A stretch of DNA of 64,000 bases from an uncultured Roseburia sp. (GTDB taxonomy: Bacteria; Bacillota; Clostridia; Lachnospirales; Lachnospiraceae), in the NCBI GenBank assembly GCA_945836255.1, contig CAMAKU010000001.1, positions 15,836 to 79,835 of the forward strand, in the 5' to 3' direction. The position numbers and the translations under genes were made by a program. Under the pieces are notes generated by a model, which had not been told where the DNA came from, did not search any database, and was given only the letters and a program-made list of their open reading frames with translations. Shown one piece after another: positions 19,093 to 31,904 of this stretch; positions within the stretch are counted from its first letter, which is position 1, and each line of letters starts with the position of its first letter.

Positions 19093-20949
19093 CTATGATA
19101 ACTGTTGTATAATTCGGTCTGCCACACTGGCAGCATCCATTCCCAGCATTTGTTTTAGTACGTTCACATTGCCGTGTTCCACAAACGCATCCGGAATTGC
19201 CACCGGCAGAACCTCTCCTTCATAACCCTGCTCACGGAGAAAACATGCCACCTGCTCACCAAAGCCACCGGTCACAACATTCTCTTCCATGGTGACGATC
19301 AGGGAATGGTCCTTCATCGCCTGCATCAGATATTCCTGATCAAAGGGCTTAGCAAATCTGGCATTCACCAGTGTCGCCTCAATTCCATGTCCCAAGAGCA
19401 ACTGTCGCACTTCCTCTGCCGTAGCCACCATACTGCCCAATGCAAAAAGCAGCACACGACTACCGGCAACAATCTCTTCGCATTTGCCCAGTACCACCGG
19501 CTGCCGATACTCCTGCAATCCGTCATAAGCCTCCCCACGGGGATACCGTAGCGCAATGGGTGCGTCAAAGGCAATGGCGTATTTTAACATATCCGATAAC
19601 TCCCATTTATTCTTAGGCGCCATCAATGTCATATTGGGCATACTCGTCAGAAAAGAAATGTCAAACACACCCTGATGGGTCTCACCGTCACTTCCCACCA
19701 AACCGGCACGATCGATGGCAAACACTACCGGTAACTTCTGCATACATACGTCGTGCAAAATCTGATCGTACCCCCGCTGTAAAAAGGAGGAATAGACCGC
19801 AAACACCGGTCGCATACCACCGGCCGCCAACGCCGCCGCGAAGGTCACTGCATGTTCTTCTGCGATTCCCACATCAAAGAACCTCTCCGGGAACATATTG
19901 TGGAAACGCTTCAATCCCGTACCGTCTGCCATAGCCGCCGTAATGGCAACCAACTTCTCATCACGATCACCCATCTTACGCATCACCGTGGAGAAGACAT
20001 CCGTGTAAGATGCCTTCCCATGATTCAGTGGAATCCCGGTCTCAATATCAAAGGGGGCGGTTCCATGGAACCGCGACGGATGACGTTCTGCCGGACGATA
20101 TCCATAGCCTTTCTTTGTCAGCACATGCACCAGCACCGGTCCCTGCACCTGTTTGGCTTCGGAGAATACCTTCATCATGGCATTGATATTATGACCGTCC
20201 ACCGGCCCGAGATACATAATTCCCATATCTTCAAAAATCATTCCGGGAATCATCATCTGCTTGATACTGCTCTTCGTCTTGCGAATTCCCGATACGATAC
20301 GATCTCCGTAAACGGGTATCTTTTCCAAGGAATTTTGAACCTCTTCCTTGAGCCCTGTGTAATTGGAACTGGTACGAAGATGCGACAGATGACTGGACAT
20401 CCCGCCAACATTTTCCGAAATGGACATGTTATTGTCATTCAAAACGATGATAAAATTCTTCTTGAGGGCGGCGGCATTGTTCATAGCCTCATAAGCCATG
20501 CCTCCCGTCAGCGCGCCGTCGCCAATCACAGACACAACATTGTAATCTTCCCCTGTCAGTTCCCGGGCCCATGCATAACCCAGTCCTGCCGAAATGGACG
20601 TGGAACTATGTCCAGTATCAAAACAGTCACAAGCACTCTCAGAACGCTTGGGGAATCCGCTGATTCCTCCATATTGACGCAAATGGTCAAAGCAGTCTTT
20701 CCGACCTGTCAATATCTTATGGGTGTAGGATTGATGTCCCACATCCCAGATGATCTTGTCCTGTGGAAGATCAAACACCAGATGCAGTGCCATCGTCAGT
20801 TCTACGGTTCCCAGATTGGAAGCCAGATGACCACCCACTTCGGATAATTTCGTAATTAAAAAGTCACGTATCTCCTGACGGAGTAATTCGATTTCACCGG
20901 GTGTTAATTTTTTAATATCATTTTCCTGTTGTATCTTGTCTAACACCAT
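19093..20949 (-). CDS. dxs: 1-deoxy-D-xylulose-5-phosphate synthase
   Basis: GGHLASNLG, WDVGHQSY, GDGALTGG, DRAGLVGSDGETHQG. Confidence 0.97.
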   Translation of the reverse strand: MVLDKIQQENDIKKLTPGEIELLRQEIRDFLITKLSEVGGHLASNLGTVELTMALHLVFDLPQDKIIWDVGHQSYTHKILTGRKDCFDHLRQYGGISGFPKRSESACDCFDTGHSSTSISAGLGYAWARELTGEDYNVVSVIGDGALTGGMAYEAMNNAAALKKNFIIVLNDNNMSISENVGGMSSHLSHLRTSSNYTGLKEEVQNSLEKIPVYGDRIVSGIRKTKSSIKQMMIPGMIFEDMGIMYLGPVDGHNINAMMKVFSEAKQVQGPVLVHVLTKKGYGYRPAERHPSRFHGTAPFDIETGIPLNHGKASYTDVFSTVMRKMGDRDEKLVAITAAMADGTGLKRFHNMFPERFFDVGIAEEHAVTFAAALAAGGMRPVFAVYSSFLQRGYDQILHDVCMQKLPVVFAIDRAGLVGSDGETHQGVFDISFLTSMPNMTLMAPKNKWELSDMLKYAIAFDAPIALRYPRGEAYDGLQEYRQPVVLGKCEEIVAGSRVLLFALGSMVATAEEVRQLLLGHGIEATLVNARFAKPFDQEYLMQAMKDHSLIVTMEENVVTGGFGEQVACFLREQGYEGEVLPVAIPDAFVEHGNVNVLKQMLGMDAASVADRIIQQLS

Positions 20950-20962
20950 AGCCTGCTAACCT

Positions 20963-21853
20963 CTATTTGTCTCTGCGCACCAACCATCTCAATAATTCGG
21001 TAAGGAACGGATTCTCATAAGGAAGATCCTGCAAAATACCCACAGCTTCGTCGGTCAGGTCCGCTACTTCCTGCTTCGCTTTATCTACACCTGCAAAAAT
21101 CACATATGTGGCCTTCTGATTCTTCTCGTCACTCCCCACTGCCTTGCCCAGTGTCTGCGCATCACCAATTACATCGAGAATATCATCCTGAATCTGGAAC
21201 GCCAGACCAATCTTGGCAGCCACCTGTTCAATCTGAGCCACCTCATCATCCGTTGCGCCACCAAGAATCGCCCCAATCATCATGGACGCTTCGATCAAAG
21301 CCCCTGTCTTCAATTCATAGATAAAATCCAATCGGTTCTTGGAAATACCATACTGTTTCTCCGACTCTACATCTACGACCTGGCCACCAATCATACCATT
21401 GATACCGGCTTTGTGGGCCAACACCTGCAATGCTCTGGCAACAGCGCGGGAATCGGATTCCACATCCAACGCCCCCAGTGCCACCTCAAAGGCATAATTT
21501 AACAGCCCGTCGCCCGCCAGTATCCCCATGGCCTCGCCATACTTGGCATGGGTCGTAGGCTTACCCCGTCGCAGTTCGTCATTATCCATCGCCGGAAGAT
21601 CATCATGCACCAGCGAATAGGTATGAATCATCTCAATCGCAGCAACGAATGGCTCCAACGCCTGGGAAGAACCGCCAAATAATTTGTACGTCTCAATCAT
21701 AAGAATCGGTCGAATCCGCTTCCCACCTGCCATCACACTGTAATTCATCGCTTCAAACAGTGTCTTCTGATATCCTTTCTCTGCCGGAAGGAACTTATAA
21801 ATCATACGATCTGCATCACTGGCCTTATAGGCAATTTCCTTATTCATATCCAT
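20963..21853 (-). CDS. ispA: Farnesyl diphosphate synthase
   Basis: GGKRIRP, SLVHDDLPAMDNDELRRGKPT, FQIQDDILD. Confidence 0.96.
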   Translation of the reverse strand: MDMNKEIAYKASDADRMIYKFLPAEKGYQKTLFEAMNYSVMAGGKRIRPILMIETYKLFGGSSQALEPFVAAIEMIHTYSLVHDDLPAMDNDELRRGKPTTHAKYGEAMGILAGDGLLNYAFEVALGALDVESDSRAVARALQVLAHKAGINGMIGGQVVDVESEKQYGISKNRLDFIYELKTGALIEASMMIGAILGGATDDEVAQIEQVAAKIGLAFQIQDDILDVIGDAQTLGKAVGSDEKNQKATYVIFAGVDKAKQEVADLTDEAVGILQDLPYENPFLTELLRWLVRRDK

Positions 21854-21855
21854 AA

Positions 21856-22071
21856 CTACACCTCTTCAAAATCTTCAAATTCGCCATTGCTATTCAGCAT
21901 CTGAACCTTTTTCTCCACCTGATTCATCAGTTCATTACACTGTCGGATATGTTCCATTCCCTTCTGGTATAACTGAAACGAATCCTCAAGGGAGACATCC
22001 TTTGCTTCCAACTGCTCAATAATCTGTTCAATTTCTTCAAAATTCTGCTCCATTGTCAATTGCTGTTCCAT
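21856..22071 (-). CDS. xseB: Exodeoxyribonuclease VII small subunit
   Basis: IIEQLE..DVSLEDSFQLYQKG; lies between xseA and ispA. Confidence 0.92.
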   Translation of the reverse strand: MEQQLTMEQNFEEIEQIIEQLEAKDVSLEDSFQLYQKGMEHIRQCNELMNQVEKKVQMLNSNGEFEDFEEV

Positions 22072-23279
22072 GCTACATCCTCATCAATTTCTGCTATTGT
22101 TGTGGTCAGTCGACCGTCCTGCAACAAAAGTTGCACCTGCTCACCTACGTGAACCTGTCCCACGCTGGTAATGCCATGTCCATCCCCATTCACTGCATAA
22201 GCATATCCCTGAGACAGTGTCTTCATGGGCGACAGTCCATCCAGTCTTCCCGCCAACAACGCAATCTGGGTCTTGTTGCGCTCCAACAGCCGTTCCATCG
22301 CCTGTTGCATGCGTTGCTCCATGCTCAGACAATACTGTCTTTTTTCATTGAGTCGGTTGGTGGGACACAGATAACCTAACTGCTTGGCATATCCGCTCAC
22401 CCGCTGTTCGCATTGCTCTAACCGACGTTGCATCTGACGTTGGAGCATCATCTGCTCTGACAGAAGCGCCGCCTGCCAATCCGCAAAAGAGAACACCGCC
22501 TGCTCCGCTGCCGCCGATGGTGTGGGTGCCCGTAAATCCGCCACATAATCACAGATTGTGGTATCCGTCTCATGACCTACAGCGGAAATCACCGGCGTAT
22601 TGCAGGCAAATACTGCCCGTGCCACTTCCTCTTCATTAAATGCCCACAAATCCTCGATGGACCCACCACCTCGTCCTACAATCAGAACATCCAGTCCCAA
22701 GGCATCCAAGGCACGTATGCCGGAGACAATACTGGCTACCGCACCATCGCCCTGCACCTGCGCCGGAAACAGGATCAACTCCACAAAAGGATTGCGCCGA
22801 CGGGAAATCTGGATAATATCGCGGACTGCCGCACCTGTGGGTGCTGTGACAATCCCAACCCGCATAGCGTACTTGGGAATCGGTTTTTTGTATTCCGGGG
22901 CAAACATCCCCATCTCCTCCAATTCCCGCTTGCGTTGTTCGTACTGTGCATACAAATCTCCGGCACCCGCTAAGGAAATCTCTCTGGCATAAATCTGATA
23001 GGTTCCCCCCCGCTCGTACACCGCAATTCCACCGGTAACCACAACCTGATCACCGTCTTTCATGGGAAAATGGAGACCACGGATACGGTTGCCCTTAAAC
23101 ATGATGGCCGAGAGTGTTCCCTCTGCATCTTTCAGGGTGAAATAAATATGTCCGCTGGAATGATATTTGCAGTTGGACACCTCGCCCTGCACCGATAATT
23201 CACGTAGCAAAAAATCCTCTGCAAACATCTGCCGAATATAGGTATTGACCTGACCTACCGAATAAATATTTTTATTCAT
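22056..23279 (-). CDS. xseA: Exodeoxyribonuclease VII large subunit
   Basis: [42 protein letters not shown]. Confidence 0.96.
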   Translation of the reverse strand: MNKNIYSVGQVNTYIRQMFAEDFLLRELSVQGEVSNCKYHSSGHIYFTLKDAEGTLSAIMFKGNRIRGLHFPMKDGDQVVVTGGIAVYERGGTYQIYAREISLAGAGDLYAQYEQRKRELEEMGMFAPEYKKPIPKYAMRVGIVTAPTGAAVRDIIQISRRRNPFVELILFPAQVQGDGAVASIVSGIRALDALGLDVLIVGRGGGSIEDLWAFNEEEVARAVFACNTPVISAVGHETDTTICDYVADLRAPTPSAAAEQAVFSFADWQAALLSEQMMLQRQMQRRLEQCEQRVSGYAKQLGYLCPTNRLNEKRQYCLSMEQRMQQAMERLLERNKTQIALLAGRLDGLSPMKTLSQGYAYAVNGDGHGITSVGQVHVGEQVQLLLQDGRLTTTIAEIDEDVAWNSN

Positions 23280-23721
23280 GAATTCTGGCAAGAACGCCAT
23301 TGACAAAACCAGCTGACTGGTCGGAGCCATATTTCTTCGCCAGTTCAACAGCTTCGTTGATGGCAACTCCTTTCGGTATTTTTTCGTAATTCATCTCGTA
23401 GACCGCCAGACGGATCAGGCTCAGATCCACTTTGCCCATGCGGCTGGTCTTCCAGCCCTCCACAGATGCATTGATGGTAGCATCCATCTGAGGAATATGT
23501 GCAAAGATGTCGCGGCATTTCTCGGCGATCTCTTCTTTTTGGTCGGGGTTGGACGGCATGTCATATCCCTCCTCAGACTCTGTCTCCACGGAGTTCTCTG
23601 CCTCTGCTGCGTCTTCCTCGCCAAGAATCAGATCAATCTGCTCTCCCAGTTCTTCGTCGCTGTAAAAATCTGCCTGAAATATAATCTTAAATACTACTTC
23701 CCTGAGTTCTCTTCTAGTCAT
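23272..23721 (-). CDS. nusB: Transcription antitermination factor NusB
   Basis: [31 protein letters not shown]. Confidence 0.95.
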   Translation of the reverse strand: MTRRELREVVFKIIFQADFYSDEELGEQIDLILGEEDAAEAENSVETESEEGYDMPSNPDQKEEIAEKCRDIFAHIPQMDATINASVEGWKTSRMGKVDLSLIRLAVYEMNYEKIPKGVAINEAVELAKKYGSDQSAGFVNGVLARIHE

Positions 23722-23763
23722 GAAAATCTCGTACTCCCTTATGATCTTTGTATGAAAAATGGT

Positions 23764-23791
23764 AAAAAAGGATGTCTTCACAGACACCCTT
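23764..23791 (-). terminator. Terminator after asp23
   Basis: AAGGGTGTC-tgtgaa-GACATCCTTTTTT. Confidence 0.7.
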
Positions 23792-23824
23792 TATTATACA
23801 GTAATTACGCACAAAACAAAAGTT

Positions 23825-24202
23825 TTATTCATTTATAACGGAAACAGCTGCAATCTTGATGTCAACATTCACGACTTCCATGCCAACCATCGTCTCAATA
23901 GCTGTCTTCACCTTCTCCTGCACCTGTGAACAGATCTTCGGAATCTCGTATCCGTAAGAAATGTTGATGGACAGGCGTACTGACAACTGATTGTCCTCAT
24001 CCGTAACAATCTTAACACCCTTGGACAACTTGTTCATGCCCGCCTTACTGATGACCTCATTGGTCAGATTACCAGCCAGAGAAGAAACGCCCTCCACCTC
24101 TGTTGCTGCCAGACCAGCGATAATTGCAACCACCTCGTCTGTAATATTGACACCACCATTGATGTCCTCTTTGATCAAGAAACTTTTTCTATCATCTGCC
24201 AT
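23825..24202 (-). CDS. Asp23/Gls24 family protein (YqhY-like)
   Basis: ITDEVVAIIAGLAATEVEGV...VQEKVKTAIETMVG; conserved position before nusB. Confidence 0.92.
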   Translation of the reverse strand: MADDRKSFLIKEDINGGVNITDEVVAIIAGLAATEVEGVSSLAGNLTNEVISKAGMNKLSKGVKIVTDEDNQLSVRLSINISYGYEIPKICSQVQEKVKTAIETMVGMEVVNVDIKIAAVSVINE

Positions 24203-24268
24203 GTTACCAGCCTCCTAAACATATTGATAGGTTCATTATATCAGAATCCCTGCAAATTGGGAAGTTTT

Positions 24269-25198
24269 TTATCTTTTATCCTTGGGCAGCCAATGCAAAT
24301 CATACGGTGTCATCTGGTAAACATAATAATCCAGATAATTCGTGTACAGGCAATTGGCGTGGGAACGCCACTGTAACAGCGGCTTGCTGTTGATATCATC
24401 ATTCGGATAGTAATTCACGGGCATAGCAATATCCAAGCCCTTGTCCAAATCACGCTTATACTCTTTATCCAGCGTCAGACGGTCATACTCCGGATGTCCC
24501 ATGCAAAAGATCTGTCGGTTGTCTTTGGACAGAATCAGAAAGATTCCTGCCTCCTCCGACTCTGCCAGAACAATCAGGTCCTTGTTATTGCGGATTGCCT
24601 CCTCATCCATCTTGGTGTGGCGGGAGTGGGGTGCCATAAAATAATCGTCGAAGCCGCGTACTAACGGTATCTTACGATTCTGCACCTTGTGGCAGAACAC
24701 GCCAAACATCTTCTGATCCAGTATCTGCTTTTGAATGCCGTAATGATAGTATAAGCCGGCCTGCGCTCCCCAGCACTGATAAAAGGTACATGTCACATGG
24801 GTCTTCGACCACTCCATAATTTCCACCAGTTCCGGCCAGTAGTCCACTTCCTCAAACTCGTACAATTCCACCGGCGCACCCGTAATAATCAATCCGTCCA
24901 GATTACGGTCCTTAATTTCCCGAAAGGTCTGATAGAACTTATTCAGATGGCTCTTGGAGGTATTTTTGGAACTGTGACTCTCCACCGTCAAAAAGGTAAT
25001 ATCCACCTGAAGTGGCGAGTTGGAAAGCGACCGCAGCATCTGAAGTTCCGTATCCTCCTTCAAGGGCATCAGATTCAGGATACCAATCTCGATGGCACGG
25101 ATATCCTGATGAATTGCACGTTCTTCATCCATTACAAATATATTTTCATGTTCCAGAATTGCCTTTGCCGGCAAATCGCTTTGTGTCTTAATTGGCAT
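24269..25198 (-). CDS. metA: Homoserine O-acyltransferase MetA (acetyl-type GAPVE)
   Basis: ILNLMP, ITGAPVE, CWGAQA, PHSRHT, GHPEYD. Confidence 0.95.
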   Translation of the reverse strand: MPIKTQSDLPAKAILEHENIFVMDEERAIHQDIRAIEIGILNLMPLKEDTELQMLRSLSNSPLQVDITFLTVESHSSKNTSKSHLNKFYQTFREIKDRNLDGLIITGAPVELYEFEEVDYWPELVEIMEWSKTHVTCTFYQCWGAQAGLYYHYGIQKQILDQKMFGVFCHKVQNRKIPLVRGFDDYFMAPHSRHTKMDEEAIRNNKDLIVLAESEEAGIFLILSKDNRQIFCMGHPEYDRLTLDKEYKRDLDKGLDIAMPVNYYPNDDINSKPLLQWRSHANCLYTNYLDYYVYQMTPYDLHWLPKDKR

Positions 25199-25244
25199 AA
25201 GATGCCTCCTCTATGTTTGCTGTCATATTTTGTTGCACATAACG

Positions 25245-27960
<2,716 letters not shown>

Positions 27961-28026
27961 CCCTATTCTCCATCCTAAAGTTCTATCCACAAACGCTCAG
28001 TAATTGGTACCTGTAATAGGCACTAA

Positions 28027-28052
28027 AGGGACAGACCCTAAGGACTGTCCCC
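28027..28052 (-). terminator. Probable terminator after the SH3 gene
   Basis: GGGACAG-tccttagggt-CTGTCCC followed by TTT. Confidence 0.55.
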
Positions 28053-28087
28053 GTTACATCTCATACTACGTCATGCGATTTCTGTCA

Positions 28088-29341
28088 TTATTGTAAATAT
28101 TCTGTCTTGCAATAACCTTCCTTGCCATTGTAAGAGACCTTAGACCAGCCTTCCGAATAATTCTGGTATACGGTAATCGGTTCTCCCGCATAGGCTACAG
28201 CCACCTTGGGTGCTGTCTCGCTCATACTCTCTCTGACATTCACCGTCGTCTGCAAAGTAATGGTCTGTCCCTGTGCTGTTGTTTGTGTACTCTGGGTTGC
28301 CGCCGTGGCATTCGCATCCGTGAGATATTCACTCTTCACATAAGCCTTCGTACCGTTATAGTCAATCTTGGCCCAGCCATTCTCCTCTGCATACCAGGTA
28401 ACCTGCGTACCGGATGCCAACTGTCCCAGTAAATTGCCGTTCTCAGATGCCGCATCCCGGACATTAATCTTATCGGTGGTCACCATCTGCTTCGCATTGG
28501 CAGCCTCTGCCGCCTCTGCTTCCGCTGCCGCCTGGGCTGCTGCCGCTTCCTGTGCAGCCTGAGCTGCTGCCGCCTCTTCTGCCGCCTTCGCTGCGGCTGC
28601 TTCTTCTGCCGCTTTCGCTACCGCTGCCTTATAATCAGATGCCCATTTGGCGATGGCATCCTGGAGTGTACTATTGACAAAGGTATTCAGATTCTCATCT
28701 GCAAGCATCGCCTCATTGCATTCCTGCTGTACTTCTGCCTGTAAGGCCAACACGTCTGCCTGTTGTTCAAATGTAGCAATCAAAGATGCCACATCCGTAT
28801 CCATATCGAACTCTCCATTGGCTTGATTGAACGAGCCATAGACATTGTTAATATAGAGGCTGCCATCTTCATTGGTCTGAATGTAGAAGAAATCCAATCC
28901 GGCAACCGGCGTCTCAATGTTCGCGAACTTAATCTGCAAATAAACAGAGCACAGATAGGAACTGCTGTCAAGACCGCGCTTCGTATACACCTTAAGATTC
29001 TGATATTGCTCGATATACTGACTATAGAACTGGATATAACTGACCTCTGCATCGGAAATCGGTGTTGCAATGGTCTTCAAGGTATCCACATCTCCTGCCG
29101 CGTATGCCTCATAGTAACGTTCCACCAGATCATTCACCTCAGCATTATTGCTCTCGGTATACTGCTGATAAGCACCAGCCATAGGGTCCTTGTCCGATGT
29201 GGTACCATCCGTGCAGCGTGCCAGAATCAGAACCATGACCACAAATACGGCAACAGCGCCAAAATATCTGGCATTTTTCCTGCAAAACGATGTGACTTTA
29301 TCTATCTTAATCTTTTGAAAAAGTTCCTGTAACTTCGCCAT
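28088..29341 (-). CDS. Membrane-anchored protein with NTF2-like region, Ala/Glu linker and two SH3b domains
   Basis: N-terminal TM; (A)AEEAAAA repeats; INVR...GWAKIDYNG..AYVKSEYL and VNVR...GWSKVSYNG..GYCKTEYL. Confidence 0.8.
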   Translation of the reverse strand: MAKLQELFQKIKIDKVTSFCRKNARYFGAVAVFVVMVLILARCTDGTTSDKDPMAGAYQQYTESNNAEVNDLVERYYEAYAAGDVDTLKTIATPISDAEVSYIQFYSQYIEQYQNLKVYTKRGLDSSSYLCSVYLQIKFANIETPVAGLDFFYIQTNEDGSLYINNVYGSFNQANGEFDMDTDVASLIATFEQQADVLALQAEVQQECNEAMLADENLNTFVNSTLQDAIAKWASDYKAAVAKAAEEAAAAKAAEEAAAAQAAQEAAAAQAAAEAEAAEAANAKQMVTTDKINVRDAASENGNLLGQLASGTQVTWYAEENGWAKIDYNGTKAYVKSEYLTDANATAATQSTQTTAQGQTITLQTTVNVRESMSETAPKVAVAYAGEPITVYQNYSEGWSKVSYNGKEGYCKTEYLQ

Positions 29342-29389
29342 AGAAACGTTGACCTCCTATTACTCAACTGCAAATAATGTCAACTGAAA

Positions 29390-29463
29390 TGTAGACGACT
29401 GGATTCGAACCAGCGATCTTCGGAGTCGGAGTCCGATGCGTTATCCAGCTACGCTACGCCTAC
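29390..29463 (-). tRNA. tRNA-Arg (anticodon CCG); CCA not encoded
   Basis: GTAGGCG/CGTCTAC acceptor stem, TCGGA-CTCCGAC-TCCGA anticodon arm, GGTTCGAATCC T arm; upstream TTGACT-17-TAAGAT. Confidence 0.95.
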
Positions 29464-29565
29464 CTAATACAAATCCTATTTATCTTAACAAAAGGATTTC
29501 ATAAAGTCAATGTGCAAAGACAGATTCTTTCCAACAAAAAATGACAATCGTTCTTGTAACCCTTG

Positions 29566-30066
29566 CTACATACGTTCCTGAATCTCCCGTGCGACCATGC
29601 GCGGTGACTTGCCGTCTGTAGCAATCCGATAATCCGCTGCCGCCTGATAAAAAGGCACCCTGCCTTCCATCAGTTCAGTAATCCCTTCCACAGTCTTTTT
29701 TCCTTTGAGCAGTGGCCTTTTATGATCATGGCGCACACGCTTTAGAATCGTTTCCGGCGATGCTTCCAGCAGAAACACCGTACCATGTGCTTTCATGCAT
29801 GCAACATTGTCCTCTCTGAGCGCCACGCCTCCTCCACAAGAAATAATGGCATCTTTTCCCTGTGACACCTGCTCCAACATCTGGTGCTCCAGGTCACGAA
29901 ACGCCGCCTCACCGTATGTATCAAAATAGGCGGCTATGGACATCTGTGCCCGTTCTACAATGACCTGATCCGTGTCCACCACCTGCCGATGCAACTGCCG
30001 GGCCAGTTCTTTTGCAACCGTGCTCTTGCCCGTACCCATAAAACCAATCAAATAGATCTGTGCCAT
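29566..30066 (-). CDS. aroK: Shikimate kinase
   Basis: GFMGTGKST, GEAAFRDLE, SCGGG, RPLL. Confidence 0.95.
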   Translation of the reverse strand: MAQIYLIGFMGTGKSTVAKELARQLHRQVVDTDQVIVERAQMSIAAYFDTYGEAAFRDLEHQMLEQVSQGKDAIISCGGGVALREDNVACMKAHGTVFLLEASPETILKRVRHDHKRPLLKGKKTVEGITELMEGRVPFYQAAADYRIATDGKSPRMVAREIQERM

Positions 30067-30068
30067 AA

Positions 30069-30827
30069 TTACCTCTCAAAATTAGAATGAATGATATCCA
30101 GAATCTGACGCAACTGCTCTTCCGGCATCTGTCCGGGGGCACTGCCGACTCCCATGGTCCCAAAGGTCATACAAGAACCAAATACCTCTCCGCAGAGTCG
30201 GCTGATAATCCCCATGCTGCCCATGGACATGGAAGCCACCGGCACCTCAGGATATTCTTCCGCGAAACAACAGGTCACACGCAACAGATCAAGAACGTCC
30301 TGCAGACTCTGAGGCATCACAGCAATCTTGGCAATATCTGCACCGCCATCTGCCATCTGGGATAACAGCATCATCATCACACTCTCCTCCGGTGTCTGCA
30401 CAAAATCATGATGGGAGGTGATAACCCGTGCGCCCTCATTCTTCATCGCACGCAACAGACTCTCAGGCTTGTCTATGGTAAAAAACTCCACGTCAATCAA
30501 ATCCGCCAACCGCATCTGGGCAATGGCAAGATAAAACTGCCGCAACTGCGTCTCACCCATGGAGGCCTTGCCCCCCTGCTGCACCGTGCGAAGCGTCACC
30601 AGAAGGACCACCTGATCACACAGTTGCGCAAGCGATGTAAGCGTCTGGCGAATCGCTGTTAAATCCGTGTAATCCTCAAGATAATCCATACGCCATTCGA
30701 TCATCCGGGCACCCTCACCAATTACGCGCTGTGCTTCGGCAATAACCTCCTGTCCGTTACTGCCCATGACCGGTATACAGATGACCGGCCTGTGCCCGCT
30801 TTCTAATGTAACATTCTTGATAACCAT
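30069..30827 (-). CDS. aroD: Type I 3-dehydroquinate dehydratase
   Basis: EWRMD, TLRT..QGG, SHHDF, KIAVMP, SMG..G.ISR, SAPGQ. Confidence 0.95.
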   Translation of the reverse strand: MVIKNVTLESGHRPVICIPVMGSNGQEVIAEAQRVIGEGARMIEWRMDYLEDYTDLTAIRQTLTSLAQLCDQVVLLVTLRTVQQGGKASMGETQLRQFYLAIAQMRLADLIDVEFFTIDKPESLLRAMKNEGARVITSHHDFVQTPEESVMMMLLSQMADGGADIAKIAVMPQSLQDVLDLLRVTCCFAEEYPEVPVASMSMGSMGIISRLCGEVFGSCMTFGTMGVGSAPGQMPEEQLRQILDIIHSNFER

Positions 30828-30860
30828 AGCGTCTTCTCCTAATCTACCGACATTATTTGT

Positions 30861-30922
30861 AGTATAATGCACTCACAAATCTCTGGCAAGTGTTTGACAC
30901 AACTTTTAATTTCTTATATTAT
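30861..30922. promoter_or_regulatory. Back-to-back sigma-A promoters (aroD-aroK and aroE-DAHP synthase)
   Basis: Minus TTGCCA-17-TATACT (30889-30861); plus TTGACA-17-TATTAT (30894-30922). Confidence 0.7.
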
Positions 30923-31028
30923 ATGAATGTTGTCATTCCCATTGGGAATACAACGAAGAAATCCAAGATTATATTAAGAATTAATTGGAAAATACTACCT
31001 CGAAAAGGTGGTACTACGGAGAATCATT

Positions 31029-31904
31029 ATGGAAAATGCGATTTCTGGTTCCACTAGACTTCTATGTCTTCTTGGTCATCCTGTGGCTCACAGTATTTCC
31101 CCCAAGATGCACAACACCGCTTGTACGCTCAACGGCTTAGACTATGCTTATCTTGCCTTCGACGCTACCGAGCAGACCTTTGGTGACATCGTCCATGGTC
31201 TTCAGGCAATGAACTGCCGTGGTTTTAACTTGACCATGCCATTTAAGACGGCGATTATCCCCTATCTGGATGAACTTTCCGAGGCCGCACGCCTTGCCCA
31301 TTCCGTCAACACCGTAGTCTGTGAAGACGGGCGCATGATCGGGCATAGCACCGACGGCATCGGCTATATGGAATCGGTACGGGATGCCGGCTTTGACATC
31401 ATTGGTAAAAATATGACGTTACTGGGGGCCGGTGGTGCAGCCACTTCCATCTGTGTACAGGCTGCCTTGGACGGTGTGCAAAACATCTATATGTTTAAGC
31501 GCAAGAATCAGTCCTTTGCACAGGCACAAGCCTTCTGTGAACAGATCAGTTCCCAGACTCCGGCATCCGTCCACCTGTATGACCTTGCCGATCTGCATCA
31601 GATGGAACAATGCCTGCAAGGCAGTTCGATTCTTGTCAATGCCACCAATGTAGGTATGGGGCAGGATGCGACTTCACTCGTTCCCAAGGAACTGCTCTAT
31701 CCGGATCTGATTGTTTCGGATATCATTTACCATCCGGCAATGACACCCTTATTACAGGATGCCGCCGCGGTGGGATGTCCCTATTTTAATGGCATGTATA
31801 TGCTCCTCTATCAGGGGGCTGCTGCTTTTCGTCTATGGACCGGTACGGATATGCCTGTGGACGAAATCAAAAAAATATGTTTTCACAAAGGAGATTTATC
31901 ATGA
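31029..31904 (+). CDS. aroE: Shikimate dehydrogenase (YdiB-like subfamily)
   Basis: GHPVAHSISPKMHN, TMPFK, SVNT, TDGIG, GAGGAA. Confidence 0.92.
   Translation: MENAISGSTRLLCLLGHPVAHSISPKMHNTACTLNGLDYAYLAFDATEQTFGDIVHGLQAMNCRGFNLTMPFKTAIIPYLDELSEAARLAHSVNTVVCEDGRMIGHSTDGIGYMESVRDAGFDIIGKNMTLLGAGGAATSICVQAALDGVQNIYMFKRKNQSFAQAQAFCEQISSQTPASVHLYDLADLHQMEQCLQGSSILVNATNVGMGQDATSLVPKELLYPDLIVSDIIYHPAMTPLLQDAAAVGCPYFNGMYMLLYQGAAAFRLWTGTDMPVDEIKKICFHKGDLS

Noticed and set aside
19852-20847. Long antisense ORFs (e.g. 331 aa opposite dxs, 262 aa opposite the Na/Pi gene, 260 aa opposite azlC)
   Set aside because: Shadow frames of real minus-strand genes with no recognisable motifs
28499-28628. GCC/GCT-rich tandem DNA repeat
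   Set aside because: Explained by the Ala/Glu linker of the SH3b protein
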